In this document: in pieces, positions 27,715 to 38,904 of the stretch
Layout: the number at the start of each line of letters is the position of its first letter
How positions within the stretch are numbered: the first letter of the stretch is position 1
Source: Raillietiella orientalis
Lineage: Eukaryota
NCBI GenBank assembly: GCA_036172245.1
Contig: JAYWIR010000013.1
Location: 620,001 to 684,000, forward strand
Direction: 5' to 3'
DNA length: 64,000 nt
Notes under the pieces: model-generated
Told to the model about the DNA's origin: nothing
What the model saw: the letters and a program-made list of their open reading frames with translations, nothing else
Databases searched by the model: none
Position numbers and translations under genes: made by a program

Positions 27715-27734
27715 TTTTTTTTTTTTTTTTTTTT
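27715..27734. repeat. poly-T run (T20)
   Basis: Homopolymer read directly. Confidence 0.9.
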
Positions 27735-30330
27735 ATGCGTGCGTGTGTACATGCATGCGTATGTGTGTGCTGCGAGTGCGCGCCTTTCCTTCCCTTTATC
27801 CCCCCCTCCTCCCCATTTTTCCTTCCTCCCATTCAGCTGCTACGAGAGCGGAGAGGCCACCGTTTCGAGGACGGACGTAGGGGGCATCCCCGAGACGCAC
27901 GCACGCGCGCGGGCGGGCGGAAGAACAGACAGCAGGGGGGGAGAGAGCCAGGCGGGGGAGGATGAAGGGTGGAAAGGCGACGGTCCACGGCGTGTATTTC
28001 TCTTTTCTTTTTTCGTCTCCTCCTCCTCCCCCTTTCCTCTTTCCCTGCTCTCCTCGTGGGGCGGGGACCGGAAGCGATCCGTCCTCTCCCGTGTCGTGGA
28101 GAGCGCGCGGCCGCGCATTCCGGGTCGCCCCGCAGTCTCGCGCTCTCGCCTCCCCAACTCTGGGACGAGGGACCCCGTCCCGCTCCTTTTCTTCTCCTTC
28201 CACCCCCCCACCCCCACCCCCGGCAGTGTGGCGAGTGAATCGATCAGCCAGGAGGACGGGAGCGACGGGGTCAAGGGAGAGCGTCCTGTCGCGGGGCGAC
28301 GGGCGCGTCGCCGCGGGCCGTTCCTTCTCGCGGCCTGCAACAGCAACAGCTCGGACGCCGCCTTCCCGAGCAGATCAGCGCTCGCCGGCGGTCCTTTCCC
28401 GAACCCCCACTCGGCACAGGGGTTCGAAGGCCAGCGGCATGGTCCGTTCCCCTCCCTATGTCGGCGCCCCCGGGTTCGCGCTCGTGCGCATTAAAAACGA
28501 CTGTTCCCCTTCCTTTCCTCTGGCCCGCGGGACGCGCGATAGTGGTCGTCGTCGTGGTGCAGCTCTCCCCTGGGGGGCGGGAGGGGGGGCGACGGCAGGT
28601 CCCCGTCCCTGGAGACCAGGGGGAAGGCGGATCTCCTCGGCTCATTAGCGCCGCTGGAAGGACCGCCGAGAAAGGGTTAAGTCACTTCCAATTCATTAAG
28701 CGGGAGACGTGGGAACGGACGGGAGGGGCCGCAGGGGGGAGGGAGGGAGGGGAGAGCGAGCAGAGGGAAAGGAAGGAGGTCAGGGGGCACGGGCTGGAGC
28801 CGCGCGAGAGGCCGGGAGGGCTTTCCCGCCCCCTTCCTTTCCTTTTCGGTTCTTTACTTTTCCCCCTCCCACCTCGGACCCGTGCGAGGGCCGTCGAGCG
28901 CTCTGTTCCTCCGGGATTACCGGCGGCGGCGGCAACCCGCCCGCCTCCTCCCTCCCGGCTTTCGGCGGGCGGCTGGATTAAGCAAGAGGACGGATCTGGG
29001 GATTACGGGAAGCAGCCGCTGCCACCGCTGCCAATGGGGGGAGGAGGAAGGGGAGCTCCCTCTGTCGGCCACTCCCGCGGGATGCGTCCTTCCGCCGCCG
29101 CCGCCGCCGCCTCCTCCGGCGTCACCGTCTCCCCCCCCCCTCGTCCCTCTCCACTTTCCCTTTCATGTGCCCTGCTCTTCTTGCCTGCTTCTCACGCGCA
29201 GCCGCCCCGCTCTCCCGTCGGCGCCGCGCGTAACCGCCGCCGCCGCCGCCGCTACAGGGGGCAGCTCTCCGGGAAGCAGGGAGCTCTCCAGACTCCCCTT
29301 GATCCCATCTACCCCCCTTTTCCTCCTCCTCCTCTTCCTACGGCAACTCCGCGACTAGGGTGCGAGAAGGGAGGGGAGGGGAGGGAGGAGGAAGAGGTAG
29401 GGCGACCCTTCCCGCCGGGCGGTCGCTCCCCGAAGAACGGCTCTTCTGCATGCTGGCGCCGGCGGCCCTCACCTGCTCTCAGGGACCGCGGGACGCGCGC
29501 GCTTTTCCAGAGACGCGTTCCCTCCCCCATGGCGTGTCCCGTGCGCGACCCGTGCCCTTCCCAGTCGAGCCTCCGCCGATCCTTCCGAGTTCCTGCCAGC
29601 TCGTCGTCGTCTCGTCCCGGAGTCCCGCGAGCAAGGAAGAACGGGCTCTTTCGGGAACGACGGTGCAGGCGCGCGTTCCCGGACGCGTCTCCCGCCGAGG
29701 GAAGATCCTTCGTCACCGTCTCTTCCATTGGTCCGAGAGGCTTCCCTTGCCTTCATCCCGGCTCACTGATTGGAAGGAGTCGAAATCTTCCCCGCGCTTC
29801 CCCCCCCCTTCTCTCTCTCCCTCTCTCCCCCTTTCCCCTCGCTTTTTTGGCGAGCGTATCGGCAGGCGGCGGCGGCTGGCTCGCTCGCTCGAAGGAAATC
29901 GGCGTCCGCAATGGTCCCGGAGGAAGAAGGCAAGGCGCTCTTTCCCTTCCTCCCGGGATGTCCTCGCGGGATCGAACGGTTCGTCCGGCTGCAGGAGGTG
30001 GGGGTGGGGTGAGGGGGGTAAGAAGGATCCGTACGCTCTCACGCGGGTTCGGTCTGCGAACAGCGGCAGCCCCGGCTGGCAGGCGGGGATTCTGCCGAGC
30101 CTTCACCCTCCTCTTTGAGCACATGCGCGCCGCCGCCGCTGCTCTCCCCGCCTGTGGACGGCGCGCGTGCGCCGCCCCCGTCCGGCGAGTGCGGACGGAA
30201 TCGCGCGTGGCAGAAGCAGCAGAAGCCTCGCCAGACGATGCTCAACTTCCGCTTCGACATGCGTGCGCTCCTTCCACCGCCGCCTTCCATCGCGAGCGAC
30301 GACCGCCACCAGACTCTTCCCTCCCTCCAG

Positions 30331-30702
30331 AGTTCCAGAATGCTTCCTGTGACCGCACGAGCGCAATCTCGGCAGGGAGGGATCCGTCCCTCCGTGAGTC
30401 TGCGCGCGTCCTCCAGCAGCGCCCCGACGACGCCATCCCCGGGGAGGCGGCCGTGCATGGAGGATAGATGGAAGGAGAACCCCCTGGAGCTGGTCCGCTT
30501 CCCCTCGAGAGACCCCATCCTCGTCTCAAGAGTCCATCATACTCGTCTCTTCCTCCTTCCTTGCTACCATTCCCCTCCCCTCCCCTCCCCTCCCTTCGGT
30601 CGCGCTGCGTTCCCGTGCCGGACGCTCTTTTTTTCCCGCCCGGGCTGCTGCTGTTACTGCTGCTGCTGCTGCTTTTCCTCCGTTCGTCGTCGCCATGGTG
30701 AC
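30331..30702 (+). repeat. ~370-bp repeat, copy 2; inverted relative to 24284-24683
   Basis: Same alignment as copy 1. Shares the (GCT)n tract, the CCCCT tract and the terminal gtcgccat(g/a)gtgac. Confidence 0.95.
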
Positions 30703-32118
30703 TGCTCCCTGTGTCCGGCAGCTTTCCCCGAAGAACCCTTCATCCGCGGGAGGCTAGCGGTGCCCCTGAGAGCGACCGCCGTCGAGCCTTGCATTCGGGG
30801 CGGCAGAGGTGGCGTGGTGCTGCTGGTGGTGGTGGATAGAGGTGAGGCAGGTCCAGAGACACGTTCTTGGGGGACGTTGCTCCATTCCTTCTCCCCTTCC
30901 CACACGCCTTCTTGGTCACTTTGGTAGCAGTCGAATCGACACAGAGAGGCGGCGACTTTGTTGGTGCAGCAGCAGCCGTCACTGCTGCTGCTGCCGTGCC
31001 CTCCTCGCCCCTCCTCCGTACTCCGGGATCCCGCGAATTCTCCTCGCCCCTCTCCACCTCCCCTATTCCCGAGCTGGAGCGGGTGTGCGGGCAAGAGCTC
31101 CCCGAAGGAGGGGGTAGGGGGAAGTGAAGGGACGGCAAGAGGGCTGTACAAGCGGGCAGGAAAACAGGGCGTCAAGGCGACGGACGGTCAAAGACGGCTG
31201 CCCTTTTCCTCTGCCTGTCTCCTTCTCTGCTCCCCTTCTCTCCAGGTGAGGCCAGCGGCGCTCCCCCTCCGAGAGGCCGGACGTCTCGCCGGGAGCCGAG
31301 AAAGGAAGGAGGGGGAGGAAGAGGAGGCTGCGCGCCGCCGCGGCCAGCTGCGGGCGGGAGTCTTTCTTTGCCCCCGTGCTCTAATCCCGGTGGCTCGGTC
31401 CCGGAGGGCTCCTCGCGTCTTTTCCGCTCCAGCGATCTTTTCCCGGAGCTCCTATTGACGTTTGGGGTCTCCCTCGACCTCGGCGGGCCCAGCCGAGTGC
31501 GACTAACGCTCTGATGAGGACCCCTGACCGGAGAGTCCAAACAAACCTCTCGCTACTGCCGCCGCTGCTTTCCCCTCGGAATGGGGGACGGACGCGCGCG
31601 ACCCGGTAGGGAAGGTGTGTTCCGCATCCCCCTTGCGGAGGCGACCCCGACCTCTGCGAGGATGGGAGGTCCAGACGAAGGACCTCACCGGACGCAGGGA
31701 AGGAGGCGCGGCGAACCGAATGGCGTCGGTCGGTGGAAGGGACGATGGGAAGGGACGGGAGAGGAAGAGAGAGAGAGAGGGGAAGGCGCTGCTGCTCCCG
31801 TCTGCTCCCGCTCGGTTCCTCCGCGCTCGCTCCGATGGAGGGGGAAGGAGGAAGGGGAGCGCGGCCAGCGCCGCTTGACCAGCATTGGCGCAGAGAGCCA
31901 ACCGCTCGCTCGCGGACGAGCGGGCGGTAGGGCGGCGCAGCTCAGCGGAGGAAGAGAGAGAGAGAGGGGGAGAGCGCGCGTGCTGGGGAGGAGAGAAGCA
32001 GGCGCCGTCGTCAAAGGGAGACGGGAGGAAAGAGCGCGCGCGCACGCACGCACGTAGGCACGCACGCAGCGAGCGGGCCAACAGAGACAGAAGAAGAAGC
32101 GGAAAAGTGGAGGAAAAA

Positions 32119-32142
32119 GAGGAGGAGGAGGAGGAGGAGGAG
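32119..32142. repeat. (GAG)n microsatellite
   Basis: About 8 tandem GAG units. Confidence 0.9.
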
Positions 32143-34627
32143 GGAAAGACTGCGAAATCCCGCCTGAAAGGAATTAGAATACAACGCGGAATCGCCCGTT
32201 ATCCCGGAGAGGGAAGTTCCTTTCATTCCTTTGTAGAGAGCCATAATGGGTGAAGCTGCACGGAAGCATTCTATTTTCGGAGGCCCATTCTACGCCGGCG
32301 ACCATAAAGGGAAAAATGGTACACGGCGGCGGCCCGGGAGATGATATAAATGTATCGGGATGAGGACCCGGAACACCAGTCTGCGTGGCTGCGGGGCGGC
32401 GGACTGCAGTGCTCTTGTGCTTTCGACGCAGATGGTTCCGCCCTGCTTCAGCCACGCGGCGTGGTTTGTTCGTCAGTTTGTTCGGTTTTTATTTTTATGT
32501 TTTTTTTTTTTGTTTTGATTCCCCCCTCCTCCTCTCTCTCCTCCTCCCCATAGTGGTTTATTGCCGCGCGCCGCCGTGAAGGAGGAGTCACTTCCTTCGT
32601 CTTCTCCAAGAGTGAGCGAGAGAGTGCGATCCCGGCGAGACAGTGTATTTCCTCCTCCACCTTCCCCTAGGATCCTGCGAGCACGTTTTCCCGGGGCTCC
32701 CGCGTGTTTTCCGCGCAGGGATGTCCCCTGGAAGGAAGAGGGACGGAAGGAGAGGGAAGGGGGGAGGGATGGGACGGATGGATCGAGGACAGAAAGGGAA
32801 GAGGACGACGGGACAAGAGTCGGTGTGCCTAACTCGCCCAAGCGCGAAGTAACCGGAAGTTTCCTCTTCCCTTCCGGTTCTCCTCCTTCTTCCGCTGGTG
32901 TGCGTGGAAGATGGAGGGGCGGGATTGGGGTCGGAGTTCGCGCCGAAGTCTCCGTTGCCCCTGGAGCTGCTATCCAAGGCCGACCAGGACGGCGACGCGG
33001 GAACCCGATCTGTGGAGAGGCAGGCAGCCCAGGCTGGAGGTGTGGCCGTGGGCTGCGGCAGAGAGTGTCGTCCTCTTTCGTCGTCGTCTCCGCCTCTTCC
33101 ACTGCTCCTTCACGGCTTCCTCCCACCACCCCTACCGCCCCAGCCCTCCCCTCTCTTCGCCCTCAATCACCCCTCACCTCCCCCCGACCCTCGACTCTCG
33201 ACCCCCCGTTCCTCCTTCCCTGCTGGCTTGCGCCGACGAAGGACGATCAGGATCTACCGAAGAGCCGTCATCCCAGGAGGGGACCCGGGGTGGTGGTGCG
33301 TGCAGGGACGACCGCCCTCACTGCACAGAGCGGCTGCAGAGATCAGGCAGTCTTGGAAACACCGCCGCTGCAAGCGCTGCAGGGGCATTCCCAGGGTCGC
33401 TGCTGCGTGCAGAGGTTCTCCCCGGCGAAACACTCGTCTTCCTGTCAGGACGAGGAGAAAGAATCTGAAGAGAGGGAGGGAAGAGCTGTTTCTCTCCCTC
33501 TCAGAGCACCCGGAATCCTTCCTTTTCCCTCTTTCTCTCTCTCTCTAGAGGGTGGGAGAAAGGGAGGGTTGGGTTTCCTTGACGCGCCTGTCGTCGGTTT
33601 AACCAGAAAGGGAGAGCTGCTCTCTGTGGCGACCGAGGAACCTCTGGCAGCAGGAGGGAGGATGGGGGAAGGAGCAGGAGATGAGCGTGTGTGAAGGAGA
33701 GGGGATTCGCCCTGGTGTTCTACTGGCTGCTGGATGGCACATCATGGCGGCGTCACCCACCACCACCGGAAGGCTGCTGCTAAGGCGATGGCAGTCGGCA
33801 GCAGCAGCCGCAACACGACGGAAGAAGCGGCGAGCGCGACAGCCGTGTGGATGCGCTGCCGTCCGGTGGCGCCGGGTCTCCTAGGCCTTGATAGACGGGC
33901 ATGGGGTACTTCTCCTTCTCTACCTCTCCTTTCGCTCCCATCTTCAAGCCAGCGGGGACTGGGGAGGGACCAGGAGGGGAGTAAAGAGAGAGAGAGGGAC
34001 GTTCCCAGCCCCTCTCCCGGCGGCTGCTGCAGCTCCCCCTTCCTCTTGGCTCGAGAGGGATCGCTCCTGTCGAGGAGTAGAGAACAAAAAAAAGGAGGAG
34101 GGAGAGCGGAGACGCGGAGTGCACGACAGCCGTCACCAACCACTACCGCGCGTGGGACCTTCTCGTTCTTCCTCCCTCCCTTCCACCTTCGCCTCCCCTT
34201 GAAGAGTCGTGCGCTCCTGTGGGCCGGGAGGGGCGTCGCGACCACTCGATCCTCAGACTCCCGGTTTCCTTCTGCCAGGTTCCTTGTGGGAAAACCCCCA
34301 AAGAGTGGGGAAACCTTCCCCCTTCCCAGGCCGTCGATCGCAGACCGATGACTCCGCAGCGGGGACCGAGAAAGATCCTTCCGGTGCTTTCGTTCCAGAC
34401 GGTCCCGATGCGCAGAGGGGGCAGCGGGCCAGTCCGCGACCGCGAAGGTCGTTTCATCTGCCAAGACCTGCTCCAAGCGAAATTTCGCGGAAGAGAGAGA
34501 GGCCAGCCCGCCCGAAAGTGGTTCATCCAGGTGTCGGCGAAACGGTTCCTCCACACCGTTCCCAAGGAGACACCTGCTCTCGATTCATTAATCTTCTCGT
34601 GTAGGTTGCTGAGGTAGCCGGAGAGGC

Positions 34628-34650
34628 AAAAAAAAAAAAAAAAAAAAAAA
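34628..34650. repeat. poly-A run (A23) at the start of a purine-rich tract
   Basis: Homopolymer followed by A/G-rich sequence to about 34724. Confidence 0.9.
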
Positions 34651-37600
34651 CGCAAAGGAAAAAAAAGAGAAAGACCAAGAGAGAAAGAGAGAGAAAGTGG
34701 AGGAAGGAAAAAAAAAGAAGGAAACGGCGCTCTCGCTCCACACCGCGCGCAGCTGCGGAGAAAGAAATCGCCGTGGTAAAGACGGCTGCGCTTAGCGTGC
34801 GTGCATGTGCACGCGCACGTGTTGAGGAGGGAGGACGGGTGGTGCTGGTGGTGATGCGCAAACCCGGCCACGTTAGGAGCAGCAATCGCAGCCGCCTCCT
34901 CCAGGAAGTCCGACGTGGTGCTGCCGATGCAGCCGCCGCCGCAGAGGTGCCTCTTCGACCTGCACGCGCGGCCCTCTACCTCCTTCAGGGGAAGAGCAAG
35001 TGGGTCGCGCGTTCCGGAGGAAGAGGAAGAGAGAGCGCGTTCGCCTGCCCGACGACGAGGGACCCTTCCTTCGAGGAGCAGCAGTCCCCCGTTCCCTCCC
35101 GCCCTGCTGCGAGGTCTCGCCGGCCGGCTCCCGTTGTCACCCCCTCCTTCCCTTCGGTGGAGTCGGGGGAGCGCACGCCGCGCAGGTCTCCTCACCGCGT
35201 GTACGCACGCTGTGATGCAACCTGGGAAAACAGGAGGGGGAAGGAACCCGGACGGTCCGATTGTGGCGTCGGGTTTCCCGTCCATTCAAAGCGCAAGAAT
35301 GGGCTGTCGGCTCAACGGAAGACGGACAGAAGCCCCGGAAAGCGACGGGAGGTTGCGATTCCCGCCACAAAGAAGGGTCGGGCAGGAGCGCACAAAGCTG
35401 GAGAGCAAGGGAGAAGAGGAGGAGCCTTTATGTCAAGGGGGATGCTTGGGTCCTCAAAAGAAGCGTGCGCGCGCGCGAGCGGGAGAGAGAGGAGACGCAG
35501 GAAGCAGGAGGAGGTGGTGGAGGGGGGGGACGAAATAATGACGATGACGATAATAGCGAGGAGGAAGGTAAAGGAGCGGAGGAAACAGGGTGCCACGCTA
35601 TTCAGCTCTCCGGGGGAAGAAAAGACAGATGGGGAAAAGGGGGGAGGGAGGGACCAGGAGCGCGGACCGGCAAGGTGTTTGTTCTTGGGCGGATTAGCGA
35701 GCGGCGGTGGCACCTACGAGGGAACCCTCCGCCGCACGGGAGGGAGGCGAAGGTTGGGAGGGATCGCAGCGCTCCTCCTCTCTGAGGGACCTGCGATCCT
35801 TTCATCTTCGCCAGCCGTCGTTACGCGGACGTTATCTTCGGCGGCGATTGTTCTCCGAGCTACCCTTTTGCCTCCCCTCCCCCTCCCCCCCATATCTGAT
35901 CTCCGTCGTACAAATCGCTACGAGTTCGCCCCGTGTACCCGGAGACCACTCTCCATGGAGGAGATGCCAATCGCCGCCGCCAACCCCGGTGCCCGCGCCG
36001 GGTCTCTCTCCACCAGACTCCTTTCTTTCCTAGCTCCCCTCCTCCTCCTCCTTCCTGCCTCGTCTTCGCCTGGCGTCCTCTTCCCTCTTGTTTTGCCTGC
36101 CTCTTCTCCTTGCTGGGGACGCCAAGGTCGCCGTCGCTCTGTGGCGAGCGGTCGCCAGAGGGGACCTCCGGCAGGTCGGTCGAGTCTCGCAAACGGAGAA
36201 GAGGGAAGAAAACGGGAGCGATTCCCTCCCTTTCCCCTCCCGCGACGGGATCCGCGTTCGTTTCCTGAGCTCCTGGCTATCTGCTCCGGGGGCTTCGCCT
36301 GCGCTGCTGCTGGAATGCCGTAGAGGCAGCGGCAGCGTCCTCGGAAGCTTCCGCGATCCTCCGCGACGCGTCGCAACGCGCGCGATCCTCCGCGGCCTCG
36401 GAAACAGGGCGTTGTTTCCGAGCGAGGCTCGAGAGAAGAGACAGAGGGAGAGCAGGAAGAGAGCGGAAGAATCTTCCTGGACGGAGAGGCCCTCATCGCC
36501 GCCAACGCGCCTTCTCGCGCGGGGAGAGAGAGAGCGCCCCTGTCTCGGAAAGCGGGCCAGCTCCCCTCCCCTCCGACTCCCGACTTCTCCCGCGATCCGC
36601 GCGACTCCCGGATCATTTATCAACTTCTGGACTAGATCCCGCGAATCCGATTTCGCGGAGCCGATCCTCGGGATCAACAACAACAGCAAGGGAACCTCCG
36701 GAAACGAGGCGAGGACTACGGCGGGGCCCAGCCTCGTCTCCGTGCAACAGCATCCTCCTTGAGTCTTGTCCGCCGCCGCCTCCATCCACCCGCTGCCCCC
36801 TTTCCTCTCCCTCTTCCCCCCCAGGTGCGCGCGCGTTTTTTTCTGTTCCTTCCCCCTCCTCTCTCGCCGTCAAAGTGCTCCGGGTCCAGGCGAGCCCGAT
36901 CTCACGCCGCTCGAAGATGAATTTCACGGGAGGATCGGAACGGACAGCAATCAGCTCGACATGTGCCGTTGGTCACGAGCGAGGGATGCTGTCAGCGGAC
37001 GCTGAAATCGTTAGGAGCGGGAAGAGATTTCCGAAGTCATCTGTCACTTCGGACGTACGGACGTCGCGCGTGCACCTGAGGCTGCCGCGGATCCGCACGT
37101 CGCGGCAGCTTTCGCTGGGGTTGCCCTGGAAGACGTGGTGGAGGTTTGCTCCGTGAGGAAGAGTGGGGGGAAGATGGCGGCGGCGGGGAGAAGCTGATGC
37201 AGAGCTGAGAGGGGGCAAGAAAAAGGGGAAGGAAAGGAGACGGCCTTCCCGAGTTGACGACGGCGCACGCCTTCGGTCGGGGAACGGTTGATGGGATTGG
37301 AAGCGGCAGCAGCAGCAGGGGGACGGAGTTTCCTGGAAGCATCCGGGAATCGTCGGATGTCCGGATGTTCCTCTTCCGGCAGGCTTCGAAACTCGCCTCC
37401 CTCCCTCCCTCCCTTCCTCTTTTCGCTGAGGATCTCCCCGCCCGGAATCGCCGAGAAGCTCCGTCTTGCCACGCAGCTTCCGCCATACCAAGCGACCTGC
37501 GCCTCCGCCGTCGCCACGGATTTCCGCGGAGTCTGCAGACGAGGCACAGCTGTTCCCTCTCTCTCGCGCGCAAGGGGGTCGGAGGAGGGCGTTTTCGGAG

Positions 37601-38872
37601 ACCGCTCGGGGCGCGAGCGCACCTCTGCTTCCCCGTCGGAGTCCCTCCTTCTGACCGGGGGAGGCGAAGCCCCGCGCGAGCGAGCGTCCGGTTCATCCCT
37701 CCGCTGCTTGGCCGTGGAGGAACAGAATCCCCTTTGCCAGGGCCGAGTCCGCCTGCTGGCCAGTCCGTTCTCCGTGTTCCTCCCTCTCTCCCCCTCCCCG
37801 TGCTTCCCCTTCTGGAAGGCGGCTCTCGCTTCGAACGCAGGGGAGAACCACGAAACTCCGACCTCGGGGAGCGAGCACTCTAGTCCAGAACGAAACGTGA
37901 AAAGAAGAGGAAAGAGGCCCAGCGCGAAAAGGAGGAAACGCGCGCGCGCACATGTACACATCAAAAAAGGAAAGAAAGACAGGAAAGAAAAAAAAAGACC
38001 TTATGATTTCCGAGATGCGAGAGAGAAGTCGCGTCGGACGCGCCTTCCTCCCAATTTCTCCCCGTCCAAGAGGCAGCTTTCTAGCTGTTGTAAAACTGTA
38101 AAAACTGAGCATCCGAGGCAATTAGCCCCCCTCCCCCTTCCCCGGCCGAAACACGGGAATCGCACGGAGGATTTCTTTTTCCTCTTTTTTCTTTTTTTCC
38201 CCTCCCCCTCTCTTAAGCAGTTGCCAAATCAGGAGGAGGTCTGGAAACCTAGCAGCCCGGGCATGTCGGTTTCTGACATCAAAATGGCTGGGCAAACGGC
38301 CTGATTGACTTGTGAGGAACGGAGAGCATCGACAGCGTGTCGGGTCCAGTGGGTTCGCCGGAGATGTTCTACGAGGCGAAAGGGATATCATTCCAGGAAT
38401 CGGAGCGCTATCAGGACCTTTTTCCTCCTCCTCCTGTGCGCGCAGCTCCGAAGGTAGAGCACGTCCGTCCAAGAGACGCAGAAGAAGAAAGCGGGGAAAA
38501 TGAAAAACAAAACAAAACAAAATGGAGACGGCAGCGTATTGAAATTCCTCCCGTTGGCCATCGATCTCGGGCTTTCCCATCACTCACGCTCCCAGAAAGA
38601 CTGATTCGATTTTTTGCGACGTCTGTGTGAGGAATCGGCAACTCTTCCTCTGCTTTCGCGGGCTCGCGCGCTCCGAGTGTTTGCGGTGATGAAGCACGAG
38701 CGCGTCCTGCAATTCTGGTGCCCTTGCATCCGACGATGTGCCACGGCTCTTTTGTTACTTCTTCGAGTCCGGCAAGAGGACCAGGTCGTACACCCCCGGA
38801 CGCGCCAGCAAAATTTCATCCTGCACGGGGGCTGTGTGTGCGCGCACGTGCTTTCTAGCTGTCCTTGTGGTA

Positions 38873-38903
<31 letters not shown>
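38873..38903. repeat. Abutting T16-A15 homopolymers (palindromic)
   Basis: T run 38873-38888 is immediately followed by A run 38889-38903. Confidence 0.9.

Positions 38904-38904
<1 letters not shown>

Noticed and set aside
29047..29061. GAAGGGAGCTCCCT resembling the 3' part of plant miR159/319
   Set aside because: The 5' part does not match, no precursor hairpin is evident and the context is purine-rich.
28458..30467. Longest ORF (669 aa)
   Set aside because: Low-complexity R/P/G/A/S composition, no domain, runs through microsatellites and into the inverted repeat, and overlapping frames on both strands are also open. Typical of GC-rich non-coding DNA.
34143..36323. 516-aa (+) and 380-aa (-) ORFs
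   Set aside because: They translate purine/pyrimidine tracts and homopolymers (e.g. poly-F) and have no recognisable motif.
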